Assembly: GCA_012295275.1 (NCBI GenBank)
Contig: CM022666.1
Location: 15,128,001 to 15,192,000, forward strand
Reading direction: 5' to 3'
Length of the DNA: 64,000 nucleotides
From: Chrysomallon squamiferum
Taxonomy: Eukaryota > Animalia > Mollusca
The notes below the pieces were generated by a model. That model was not told where the DNA came from. It made no database searches and saw only the letters and a program-made list of their open reading frames with translations. Each line of letters begins with the position of its first letter. Positions within the stretch are counted from its first letter, which is position 1. The position numbers and the translations under genes were made by a program. Below are positions 41,831 to 53,481 of this stretch, one piece after another.

Positions 41831-42188
41831 TTTTCTAAAAGGCAGCGTAGGCACAGAAAAACTCAACGGAATCAAAATATTCGAAATCGTGAGCATTTAT
41901 CAATATCCCGTCTGTGTTTATATGCAGAAATCCCAAGGAAAGAATATAACACGATCCAATGAAAAGCGAACAAACGGTGCCCCCCCTCATGCAAAACACG
42001 ATTTCTGTGGAACAGCTAATTGGTAAGAAACCGCAGCCGCTAATCGCGAGTATCTGCACATACCTACTGATGTCAATGACTACTGAATCATGTGAATGCC
42101 GTCATAAAATTAACATAAATAATGATTTTCAACAACAGATGGCCCATGTCCACAAAATGCGAATAAAAAGATGAATTTTCTGCCTTAC

Positions 42189-42281
42189 CCAAAATATGAA
42201 ATTGAAGACCATCAACAGCGTTTTCATGCATGTTACAACTGGTCCTGTATGCAGTGTCGACTGATACTGTCCTTTAGTCAT
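42189..42281 (-). CDS. TSPAN7: Tetraspanin (TSPAN6/7-like), coding exon 1
   Basis: Minus strand reads MTKGQYQSTLHTGPVVTCMKTLLMVFNFIFW, then donor TGG|GTAAGG. It resembles the TSPAN7 N-terminus (PVITCLKTLL..FVFW). 93 nt, phase 0, in frame with exon 2. Not in the ORF track. Confidence 0.9.
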
Positions 42282-42400
42282 TTTAAAATCTTTTTAATGC
42301 AGACAACTGCGCTTCGACCACAACAAGATTACAGCCAACAGGAAGTCAGGTGATTGCGCTTTTAGTCATGCGCATCTGGTGTGGAGAAGCAGACGAGGTA
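42282..42400. promoter_or_regulatory. Probable bidirectional promoter for tetraspanin (-) and TMLHE (+), with candidate non-coding first exon of TMLHE
   Basis: CpG-containing patch immediately upstream of the tetraspanin ATG, with ETS-like CAGGAAGT (42339-42346), NRF1-like ATGCGCAT (42368-42375) and two TGCGCT. Plus-strand donor-like GAG|GTATAA at 42397/42398. The TMLHE ATG exon starts with an acceptor, so an upstream exon is expected. Confidence 0.55.
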
Positions 42401-43683
42401 TAATGTTGTGATAATAAATTAATTATTACTTTAAGTAACATCTGTATATTTCATTATTCCAGTGTATTTTTGTTTTGTGCACAAAAATAAAATAAGAGTG
42501 AACTAAAATATAAAGAGAGGAAAGAGTGTCAGTTTATTTTTCCTAGGGAAGAATGTTGCTATATAAAAAAGAGTTAACAACCATTCTATGAATAGAATGA
42601 ACTGTGATACTTAATAGAATAATAATATTAGATGATCGTAATATTAGTTCTGGTAATTTTATATGGATGGCAAAGTATTTAATGTTGAGTGTATAATTCA
42701 GAAATTAATGTTGTGCGTATAAATGTACGTCTCTTTGCTTTGTTGGTTTTTTTTGGTACTTTTTATTTTTTTTTTTTTTTTTGTGTATGTGTGTGTCGTT
42801 TTTTATCTGCACGGTCACGCATCTCGAATTGAATGTTTTGTCGAGCTGACTCAGTCAGATTTCAAATTTTAATGAGTGTAATCAACATTTTCTTTATTAA
42901 TTCCCACATATGCACATGTGCATATGTGAAAATTATTTTAAATTAATATTAATAATACAATTTAAAAAATTAACTATGAAAATAATAATTGTTTTAAAAC
43001 ATTTTTTTTTTTTTTTTTTTTTTAATGCATACATTAATATACATTTATCCATACATTAATATATAAAAGTAAAATAATAATAAATAAATAAATATCAAAA
43101 AATAAAAATTATTAATCTTTTCATACAACCCTACTGTTACTACCATTGGTTAAATGATTACTATACAAAAAACCACAGAAACATTTAGTGGTAGCTCAAT
43201 AGGCTAACTGGGATCATTGTCCTTTCAGCTAATATTCCATGAATAGATTAACAATTTATTAGAAAGTCCAGTCCATGATAAATCATAATTATTTATTTAG
43301 TGAGTGGCAACAACAGAATAAATGACTTCTGGTACTGTACTCGAGGGATGTCAAATTTTGAAAGAATCCAGCTGTACTTACATGAGGAATCAAATCTGTG
43401 TCTAAAAGCAAATGAGCCATTATTTTTATTAATGATTAATATATGCTACATATATTTAGCTGTTTGTTTTCATGTGACATTAATTCCTTTGCTATGATAA
43501 GCATATATGCCATTTTACTTCAGTGGCATAGTATTGGCCTGATATATTAGATAAAATTGCAGTTTATTTTTTAAGTGAAGATATTAAACTTTATTATATA
43601 CATAGTTTTAACTAAATATTGATTTAATGCATGCAGGAGTAAAGAAAAACAGTTCAAGGTTTGGAGCATGGCTGTATATCATC

Positions 43684-44620
43684 TTAGCCATAACTACATT
43701 GAGGCAAATGCGGCAAATGCCTCATGCCGAAATTGACAATTTCTTTTTTAATTTTTTTTTAATATTTTTTTTATACAGAGATTTTATTTAAAAAATATAA
43801 AATGAAAATCTCTGTTCTGATAGAAATGATATCCACAGAATGAATTTGTTTATGTCTATGGTTATCGTTTGAAGTCTACTAACATTTATGCAATAAAGAC
43901 ATAACTGATCAATGACATCAGTTTTTGCGTCATTTCAAAAAGAGTCTGGTTATGGCCAAGATCATTTTAGCATGTTAACCTCTTTGGACTGGAAAAACAA
44001 TTTGTCTGTGATGTTATGTCATCATAATAAAACTAAGCCGATTTAACTTAGCAGTCTGCCACTCTGTTGGCAAGTACTGGACAAAGAACTGATTGCTTGC
44101 AAGAGTAATGATGAAAAATGGACATCCCACACTGAGCCCATTTTCTCAGTTTTTTCAAATGAACAAATACTAATTTTATTAACTATACTGTAATTTGGAA
44201 TGACAACTGCCTTAAGTTTGATGTTTTTATCATTAAAACATGAACAAGCCTTGTACAAATCTAGGCAGGTGTTGCTTATTGCTGTAGAAATGGTTGTTGA
44301 CTCTTTGTACTTGAGATTCCCGGATGTTATAAAAATGGTGGGTATTATCATATAACAGGATTACTGCCATGTGATACCAGCAGAAGTGAACTATGGTTGA
44401 AGTAGCCGTTGCTCTCATCTTATGATTCACTGTACTGCAATGGGAATCAAAATGTCCACTGTTCAAGTGGTTACAAAAAATACTTAAAGATCATCTTCTG
44501 TGTGTCAGTACATAGTTCCCCAGTCTATCCAGTGTTTGCTAGTTTGTTTATCACTGGCAATGATATTTGTAATCAGGATAAGATTTCTGTTCTGTTCACA
44601 GTACAAAAATATTAGCATAG
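43684..44620 (+). mobile_element. Probable decayed DNA transposon (hAT-like) remnant
   Basis: Terminal-type motif GCCATAACTACATTGAGGCAAATGCGGCAAATGCCTCA (internal TGAGGCA/TGCCTCA inverted pair), followed by a higher-complexity, stop-ridden segment that resembles a decayed zinc-finger region (FKWL...FC...FITG). No second end or TSD found. Confidence 0.35.
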
Positions 44621-45361
44621 ATCAAATTCTAGATCAGTAGTTATTACAAAATTATAAGAACAAAACTTCGTGAAATTAATATAAAAGTTTAATTTCAGGG
44701 ATGTATAGTTTATGATAATTTTGTTAATGGAAAAAAGAAAGAAAGAAATTAAAAAAAATATGTAATTACAATACTTAAAAAATTAATAAAAAAATATTAA
44801 TAATAATAATAAAAGAAGATTGAATATAGTCTTCTTATAATTTGTATCTATACTGAAAAGATAAAAAAAAAAATCTCTTTGTGCTCAAAACAATACACTG
44901 AGTTGTAATCTTTGGTGTATCATGTTGTTTATTAGATCTGTACAATGGACAGCACATATTTCTGTCAAACTTCAGACATTAACTGAAACCTTTAGCTGAA
45001 ATCATTAGATGATGCAATATTATTTATTTCCACCATAATTCAAACTTTACCATTAGTTGATACCTTCAGTGCCATCTGTTTCTACCACAGTTCAGTTTTA
45101 CCATTAGATGAAGCCTTCAGTACAGTGTCATCTACTTCCACTCTAATTCAAAGCTTAGACAGCAATAGCTAGCTGAACAATGAAGTATGTATATGAAACA
45201 CACACATTTCAGCCTATATCAACTGCTGAAGCCAACTGGTGTGATAGATTGATCCAGCTGCCACATGCTACATGAGGTGTCCAGACCGTTGATCTGTGAT
45301 TATCTGTACTCATTAAATTCTGGAAAAGACACTTTGCTGTTCCCTGTGTCACCATCAGAGA

Positions 45362-45660
45362 GAGGTGGGTAGTGGCTTAATGGTTGTTAGATGGATGGTC
45401 CCAGGGTCTACCCTCCAAGGTGGATCCATTTAGGATATTTTTCTGTTTCTCTTATTTTCTCTCAAGTTTCCACTGATTTATTAAAGCTGCTGTTTGTGTT
45501 TTGGTGTTTGTAGGGAGAGTGGAATATAAAAAAATGCTTGCTGCTAATTGATAAAAAGAGTCTGAGGAGAATGACAGGTTTCTTTTGTCACATATGAAAT
45601 AATGATTGTTTTAATAATGACAACTGATATTAAAAGTACTGTAGTGTCATTTGAATAATT
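45362..45660 (+). mobile_element. Degenerate tRNA-derived SINE copy
   Basis: A-box-like GTAGTGGCTTAATGGT, then GGTGGATCCATTTAGGATATTT and TGTAGGGAGAGTGGAATATAAAAAAATGCTTGCTGCTAAT, resembling from memory the central domain of gastropod SINEs. Heavily mutated; not database-checked. Confidence 0.45.
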
Positions 45661-47196
45661 TTTTTATTATTATTTAACTAGTGAAAACAAAAATGCAGAA
45701 AGATTGCATTTAAGAAATTCTGAATATTTGATGTACATAAGCTGATAAAAAATGTTGGTGGTGATCTAACTCAGTTATGTTTAGTCTGTGATGATAGTAG
45801 CTGAAATACCTTCCTCCATGGACCCTGTATTCATGAACCTTGATTTTGTAGTGTTGTAAAACAAATTTGTTATTCTTAATGAGGCTGCTACTATTGATGT
45901 TATCTAATATATACTACAACTACTATTACTAATACCATCACCATTATTACTACTATAATAATATTATTTTTATTATTATTATTATTATTACTGTTACTAC
46001 TGCTGCTACTACTGCTATATCTATTGTTGATGTTATTATTATTGCCTTTGTTATTAATACCTATGATCAACATCACTGTCATTAATATTTATTATTTTAT
46101 TATTATTAATGATTATTATTGTTATTTTCATTAATATTATTATTATTATTATTATTAGTAGTAGTAGTAGTAGTAGTAGTAGCAGTTGTGGTAGTAGTAG
46201 TAAAATCATTAATATTGCCATTATTATTATTTATATCTCCTTTTTATATTTTTATATTCTTATCTAATTTGGACTTATTGTCATCATTATCATCATATTA
46301 CCATGTTTAAACATCTTAATACATCTGAAAATACAATGTGTATGCATCTAATACAAAATCTAAAATTCCTGTGTGTATAGTTATTATGTCACTGTTTGAA
46401 TGTTTAAAGAACTCATTAAAATTCTCCAATAAGGTCATTTTCCTCACTGTGTGTTCTGTACAGTTGTCACTTTTAGCTTCACAAACAAGTCCAGCCTGGC
46501 AAAACTGACCTTGCTAGCATGTCGGCCTTTACTTGCTTCAGGTTCAATAACTGACAAACAGCTTTTTCTTTGTCTGTTTTAGTCAAATGAACCAGACTAG
46601 CTGTTTGAATCTCTTTAGTTGAAGACAGGAATCTAGTGACAGCATCTCAGCTGCAGAAAAGTATTGTAAGTTTGATTTTCACTGTGCTAATATTGGTGTA
46701 TATTAATATATATTAGATTAGATTTTTCAGATGAGTTGGGTCTATCATAATGTTGTTGTTGTCTGTGTTATCAGCAGAAAAATATATAGATATATATTAG
46801 CTGTATTTTGTTTAAGCGATATATGTTATTTTATTTAAATTTTAAAAGACTGCTTATAGCTGTATAGTTGTATGTCTGTCTGTCTGTCTTCACTTTGTGT
46901 GTATGTATGTGTGTGTGTAAAATAATTTTTCATGCAAGCATTTACTCTAGAAAAATCATGTGAACATATTCAGCCACATTCACGGTTTTCTAATTTGCAG
47001 ACTTTGGCCTCATCTTTTTTTTTTTTAAGAAAGTGTGAAACAGTTTATTATTATTCTTGCCAGCTTTTCACTTTCTGTACTGAGATTATTGAGGAATCTG
47101 CAGACACAAGTTTAACTCTGATACAGGAGGCTGGCATGCTGGTGTTAACAGTGAATTGTTTTATGAAAAAGCCTGGATGCCAGTCTGCTACTGTTG

Positions 47197-47247
<51 letters not shown>

Positions 47248-48180
47248 TTGGGAGATGGGTCAAGGTTTGAGTGGGAAATAATGCACAACTCTATAGATAA
47301 CACATTCATTTGTTCAGAGTTGGTACAGGAACTGTGTGCAGAGGAGTATTCATACCAAGTGTGTTCATACAACTCACTGCAGTATGTAATAATGAAATTC
47401 TTTTTAAAACATGAAAATACACTTTTAGACTTTCTCTGAAATTGATAGTGTGTTATCATGTCAGTTCTATAACCTCTTATTTATGCGTTTTTATGCAGTT
47501 ACAAATTTATAATAATATTCAGAAAAAACTTGTGTTAAAAGTGTATTATTATACAAGTTTTATATCTTCTATTTATATTTTTATGCAGTTATGAATTTAT
47601 TATTAGTATTTAATAATATTCAGAAATGCACTTTTGTTAAAACGTCATTATATGTTTTATATCTCCTATTTTTATTTATTTTTTATTTTTTATGCAGATA
47701 CAAATTTATAATTACTTTGTACTTTTGTTAAGTGTCATTATACAAGTTTTATATCTCCTATTTATATTTTTATATTCTTATCTAATTTGGACTTATTAAT
47801 AGTGTTATAATATTAATGTGTATATTAAGAAAGTTGTTTCTTTTTAAAATTATGAAAGAAAGGTAATATTAATAGGTGTTTCAGAAATGTACTTTCACTA
47901 AAAGTACATCATTTGATCTTCTACTTTACCTAATATGGAATTTAAAACCAGTATGAAATTATTTATTTATTTATTTAAATTGTTGTTACTATTATTGTTA
48001 CTGTTATTATTATTATTATTAAAACAACAGTCGTATAACAAATGTTATTTAAATACATATTTAATATATTTTATATTTTATTATATGATAAATCCTCTAA
48101 GCATCAAATCAACTTTTAAATAAATTTTTGTAAAACTTTAAAATATATTATGTTCTGTTTTTAAACCAACGCTGAACATA

Positions 48181-48235
<55 letters not shown>

Positions 48236-48543
48236 GGCAATAACAATTTCTTCTTCTTGTTGTTTTATTACTATTTTTGTTTTAAATAATATTTTCCCTA
48301 TGGTAATGTTTATCTGTTTTAAGAAATCTGTTGTATTCATTTCAGCTGGTGTCATTGTTCTCAGCAATGTTTGTGCACTTCTAACTTTTCACCTTGACCT
48401 TGAACTTGTGATCACATTTTTTGTCCTGTTAATAGTTCATAAATAAATAGTTTAACATATATTTGTTTTTAGATCATATTAAAAATAAATTTGTCAACAT
48501 TTTCATTTTTGTAATATTAAACAAAATAAATATCAATATAATA

Positions 48544-48594
<51 letters not shown>

Positions 48595-49032
48595 TAAATT
48601 TCCACATATTTTATGCTAGTTTTAAAATCCAAATGATGCATACTGGATGTATCTTTTTAAAGTTTATTTTTATATTTAATTTTTTTTTAAAGAGGTCATC
48701 TAAATATTATCTTCACCCACACACTTTTGATCAAAGTGTGTAGGTTAAGAGATATTAACCTCTTTTGAACAATTATAATATGATATTACATTATTATTGA
48801 TATATTTTTAATATTTAGTTATAAAATACACATTAATATTTCACAGTGAAGTTAAGAGTTTAAAACAGGTACACAGAAATTGTAAATACAATAAATATTC
48901 TATTTAACCCTTTTTTATTTGTTTTGTTTAACAACATCAATATTTGCTTAATGTTAGCTTCAGTAATGTAATTATAAACCTGAGGTCATTTTGGTCATGA
49001 TAAAACCCATCAAAACAGCTGAAAAAACACAC

Positions 49033-49093
<61 letters not shown>

Positions 49094-49424
49094 TAAATAA
49101 ATAATAATAATGATAATAATAATAAAAATAAAATAAAGCTGTGTCCTCAATCTGTTAAGGATTGTTAACATTTCTATGCATGAAACTGTCACATAAAAAC
49201 AAACGAAACTGTTGTTCTCTGTGTTACTTCAATGGCTTTTTATTTTATTGGCATACTTTATTATTAGAAAAGTGTGATCACTTTTAATAAGTAAAAAACA
49301 AAAATTGAAGAATTACATAAAATCTTTTTCATATCACATAATTATAATAAGTATCATTTATCAATTTTAATTTACGTTTATTTTTAGTACTTTTTATTTA
49401 TTTAATTTAATTTAATTTATAAAA

Positions 49425-49463
<39 letters not shown>

Positions 49464-49510
49464 ACCATTTCTGTTTTCAGAAATAGTTTCTCCAACATAC
49501 AACAACAGAC

Positions 49511-49940
49511 ATGTTTAGTCGAAGAATTTTCGCAGTAAAACAACGAATTCCTGCTTTTCAAAAATGTCCAGAAATCCAGTCTCTAAAAACTCTCGCATCA
49601 TGTCATGTATGCAGTCCGGCTTCGAAAAAGAGGAACACAAAAACTCGCCACTCAGTTCTGCTGGCTGGGAACAACAGTTTAGACGCAAGAAGTAGTTTTT
49701 CTCGGAATCTTGCTTTGGCTGCAGAGGAAGTGAAAGTTGAGATGTTTGACAGGTACCTGGAGTTGGTGAATGGTGACAGAACAGTGACAATTCCCTACAT
49801 GTGGCTCAGAGATCACTGCCGTTGTCCCACCTGTTATAACGTGGAAACCAACCAGAAAAATGTCAATCACAAGTTGACCTCCGGTCACGGGACGTCCAAT
49901 GTCGAATTGCAGGATGGTGGAAGAAAACTGAAAATTCACT
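49511..49940 (+). CDS. TMLHE: Trimethyllysine dioxygenase (TMLHE), coding exon 1
   Basis: Acceptor TTTTCAG at 49480, ATG 49511. Arg/Ser/Lys-rich mitochondrial-type presequence, then YMWLRDHCRCPTCYN (GBBH-like N-terminal Zn domain). Donor T|GTGAGT, phase 1. Confidence 0.93.
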
Positions 49941-50311
49941 GTGAGTTTAATTAATTTATTTTAGTGTTATTTTATTATGTCTGCTTGAATGTGACAATAT
50001 ATAGAAATTTGCATACTCAGATACTCACTCAAACATGCTTGTAGAACATACAGACACAAAGAAACATGCATATCAGAATTAAATTACAGTCCAACACATA
50101 AACATAAACAAAAGAACTTATGTAGACACATGTACATAAAACATACATCTTCACACACATTCACACACACACACACACACACAGACTCATACAACATACA
50201 GATCAGATACACACACACAGATCAGATACACACACACAGACACACACACAGTCATACATACATCTGACAATTATTTGTGATTATACAGTGTTCAGATTTG
50301 CCAGATGCTTC

Positions 50312-50475
<164 letters not shown>

Positions 50476-50611
50476 AAGACAAACATGTATACACCAACTT
50501 ACAAGATTCAGCAATCACAGACACATATACACACTCCATCTTCAAGGAACACTAATTTTGAAATATAAAACTTTATGGGAAAAACTAGATTCCTAATGAA
50601 TATATCATTTT

Positions 50612-51015
50612 AAGTATTAAAAATATTTATTATTAATATTCTTTAATCACAAAAAACTGTCGTAATGTAAAAGCAAATTAATGGTGGCAGTAAGAAATGG
50701 TTTAAATGATGCTTTGTTTTAAAAAATATAACTGTTTTTAATCTAATTAACTAAACCGATTTTATCTAAATATTTTTTTAATATCAGGGAGGATGGTCAT
50801 AAAACACAAGTATTAAAAATATTTATTATTATTTTTTGTTTGATCACAAAAACTTTGTAATAATGCAAAAACAAATTAATGGTGGCAATAAGAAACAGCT
50901 TAAAAGATGCTTTGTTTAAAGTATATATGTATATACTTTTTATTTAAATAACTAAACTGATTTTATCTAAATATATATGTTTTTTAATCTAGGGGAGGAT
51001 GGTCATGAAACACAA
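50612..51015 (+). repeat. Tandem duplication (~196 bp x2) spanning the acceptor of TMLHE coding exon 2
   Basis: AAGTATTAAAAATATTTATTATTA at 50612 and 50808; both copies end in AG.GGAGGATGGTCAT.AAACACAA. Confidence 0.92.
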
Positions 51016-51213
51016 TATGATACAAGATGGCTACTTGACAACACCTACTCTGAAATACCCAAGCAGAAAACAACACCATTTTTGTGGGACAGTACAAAGA
51101 TTCACTCAGAAACGATGCCATCAGTGGATTACGAGTCGTACAAAAACTCTGACGATGGCATCAAACAAACTATGTTTAATTTGCTAAAATATGGCTTTTC
51201 TGTTGTAGAAGGG
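50993..51213 (+). CDS. TMLHE: TMLHE coding exon 2
   Basis: CTAG|(W)EDGHETQYDTRWL...FLWD...LLKYGFSVVEG|GTATGG; 221 nt, phase 1 to 0. Confidence 0.93.
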
Positions 51214-51708
51214 GTATGGTTAAATCATTTTCTTATAACTGATTAATAATTTGTTAATTTGCATTCATAAATACTGATGAAACTGATTATATTTATTAGA
51301 ATTGTTTTTATTAGAAACATTCACGCACATAATCAGTGAAGTAATGTAATTTAACTGGTGATTCAAATGTTAAAAGAATACAAAAAGAACTTTTTTCTTT
51401 CTTATCTATGTAGTTACTGGATTTTACTTCTGCAACCATTTTTATGGAACATTTTACGTTTATTCTTGTTCTGTTGGTGTTTGTGTTGTTGAAATGATTT
51501 TCTAATCAAATTTAGCAGGCATTACAAATCTAAACACAAAATGGGTTTTGTTTTGTTTGTTTTTTTTACGGCAAAATCAAGCAATTAATTTTAGCTAGAG
51601 AAGGACATAACGAGATGAAAACCAAAAATGGCAAGGCCAATGTTTTTGTAAATTGTGTGTTTTCTGCAACTTGCAGACTAAAGGGAATAATTATAAACGG
51701 AATTGTAG

Positions 51709-51884
51709 GTGCCAACGTCATTACACGACACAGAGGTGACAGTTGAGAAGCTGAACTTTGTGGAGGAGACGTTGTTTGGAAAGATGTGGAGTTTCACGTC
51801 AAACTACGAACGAGGGGACACTGCATACACCAACATGGAACTGGGCGCTCACAACGACACCTGCTACTACACTGCCCCCGCTGG
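51709..51884 (+). CDS. TMLHE: TMLHE coding exon 3
   Basis: GTAG|VPTSLHDTEVTVEKLNFVEETLFGKMWSFTSNYERGDTAYTNMELGAHNDTCYYTAPAG|GTAGGT; contains DTAYT and the Fe-binding HxD. Missing from the ORF track. Confidence 0.93.
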
Positions 51885-52804
51885 GTAGGTACACTTGTTT
51901 TGTTTAGTTCTGTGAAATAATAAATAAAAAGAAATAGCACTTTGATCATTTGTAATAGAAAAAATGGTAATGTGTAAGAGATATTATATAATAATAATGG
52001 TAACTGTCATATGTTGGAGCATATGTAACTTATTTTATTTCTGTAATTAAAAAAGAAAAGAAGATAAGCCAGGTATTGCTGTGTAAGTACTGATCTGTTT
52101 ATGTTGTTGAGAGTTGGTAGAAGATGTAGTAAAAAATTAAAAATTAAATAAAAGATGATGTGTGTAAAAAATCTCACACAGATAATAGGTGTAACCCATG
52201 AAATGGCAGTCTCTGGTTTCTCTTTGTCTTATTATTGGTAGACAAGAGGTGTAGCTTTGATTCTCTGTGCCCATGATCAAAGACAATTTTTAAATCATAA
52301 AAAGGGAACAGATAATGTACAATAGATAAAAGTAAAATATTTAAAAAGAAAGAAAAAAAAAGAAGTTAGTGATATTTTAAAAAGGAATCCATGCAGTTAA
52401 TCTCATGCTGCTGAACATTAATATAAAAACTAAATATTAAGTGAAATATATAACTGATAATTTATAACAGGATGATTAAAGTAATAAAACTAACACAAAG
52501 GCTAACCATATTTACATAAAGGAAGCTGTTTTAGCCTGTTTAAGTTCTAGGTCAAGAATAGCACAGCACAGTAAATAATAGCAAGACCATATTTCATCTA
52601 TAAATAAATAAATTTTGATTTTGATCAAAATCAGACTGGAAAAAATAACATAAAAAAATAAAGCAAAAAAACAACATATGATAAAGCCATTTAGTCACAG
52701 AAAGATAAATATATTAATAAATTTTGCCAATTATTTTCTTTCCAGTTGTTCAGGTACTATGGCTTGGAGATCAAAATATTAATGCTAAATTATCCCAAAT
52801 TGTG

Positions 52805-52844
<40 letters not shown>

Positions 52845-52851
<7 letters not shown>

Positions 52852-53160
52852 TAAATAAAAATATATGTGTACAGATCTATACACAAACTACATGATTTAT
52901 GTTATAATATATATTATTAGTATACACTAACTGTGCACTATATATATATATATATATGTTTCTTATATATATATTAATCTCTTTTTATACACATATATAT
53001 TACATATAGTGCACAATTAGTATATACTAATAATATATATTATAACATATATACATATCATGTAGTTGTGTGTGTATGTATATATATATATATATATATA
53101 TATTATAACATACATATATATCATATAGTTTGTGTATGTGTACACATATATTATTTATTT
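52845..53160. repeat. AT-rich inverted repeat (foldback/MITE-like)
   Basis: 52881-52943 (ACACAAACTACATGAT..TATTAGTATACACTAACTGTGCACTATAT) is the reverse complement of ~53004-53074; outer arms 52845-52895 and 53119-53160 also pair. Confidence 0.85.
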
Positions 53161-53256
53161 GTTTATTTGTTTGTTTATTTGTTTGTTTGTTTGTTTGTTT
53201 ATTTTTATTTGTTTGTTTGTTTATTTGTTTGTTTATTTGTTTGTTTGTTTATTAAG

Positions 53257-53481
53257 CATTCAGACTTTCCACTGCCTGTGGCATGACGGGCAGGGAGGTG
53301 AGACTCAGCTAGTCGATGGTTTCCAGGTGGCAGAGAAACTGCGACAACAAGACCCCGACGCCTTCGTCAACCTCACCAAGCAGATAGTTCCACACGAGTA
53401 CATCGAGCAGGGCTTCCATGTCCACTCCCTCGGCACCGTCCTCTCTGTGCACCCAGCCTCCAAAGAAATGGAAAACATTAG
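53257..53481 (+). CDS. TMLHE: TMLHE coding exon 4
   Basis: TAAG|(G)IQTFHCLWHDGQGGETQLVDGFQVAEKLR...HEYIE...ENIR|GTATGT; 225 nt, phase 2 to 2. Confidence 0.94.

Larger units (their letters stand above)
34350..42066 (-). mobile_element. Full-length hAT-superfamily DNA transposon (hATw-like), 7717 bp, in tetraspanin intron 1
   Basis: Left end TAGGTATGTGGATA (34350), right end TATCTGCACATACCTA (42066), 10-bp perfect TIR. Identical 7-bp flanks CTGATGT at 34343-34349 and 42067-42073 (TSD). Internal transposase ORF and higher CpG content than the flanks. A 7-bp TSD is the recalled hallmark of the hATw group. Confidence 0.88.

Noticed and set aside
52065-52275. Possible additional SINE fragments (also ~9930-9985 and ~34030-34075)
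   Set aside because: Only short, heavily decayed resemblance to a remembered consensus; not supportable without a repeat library search.
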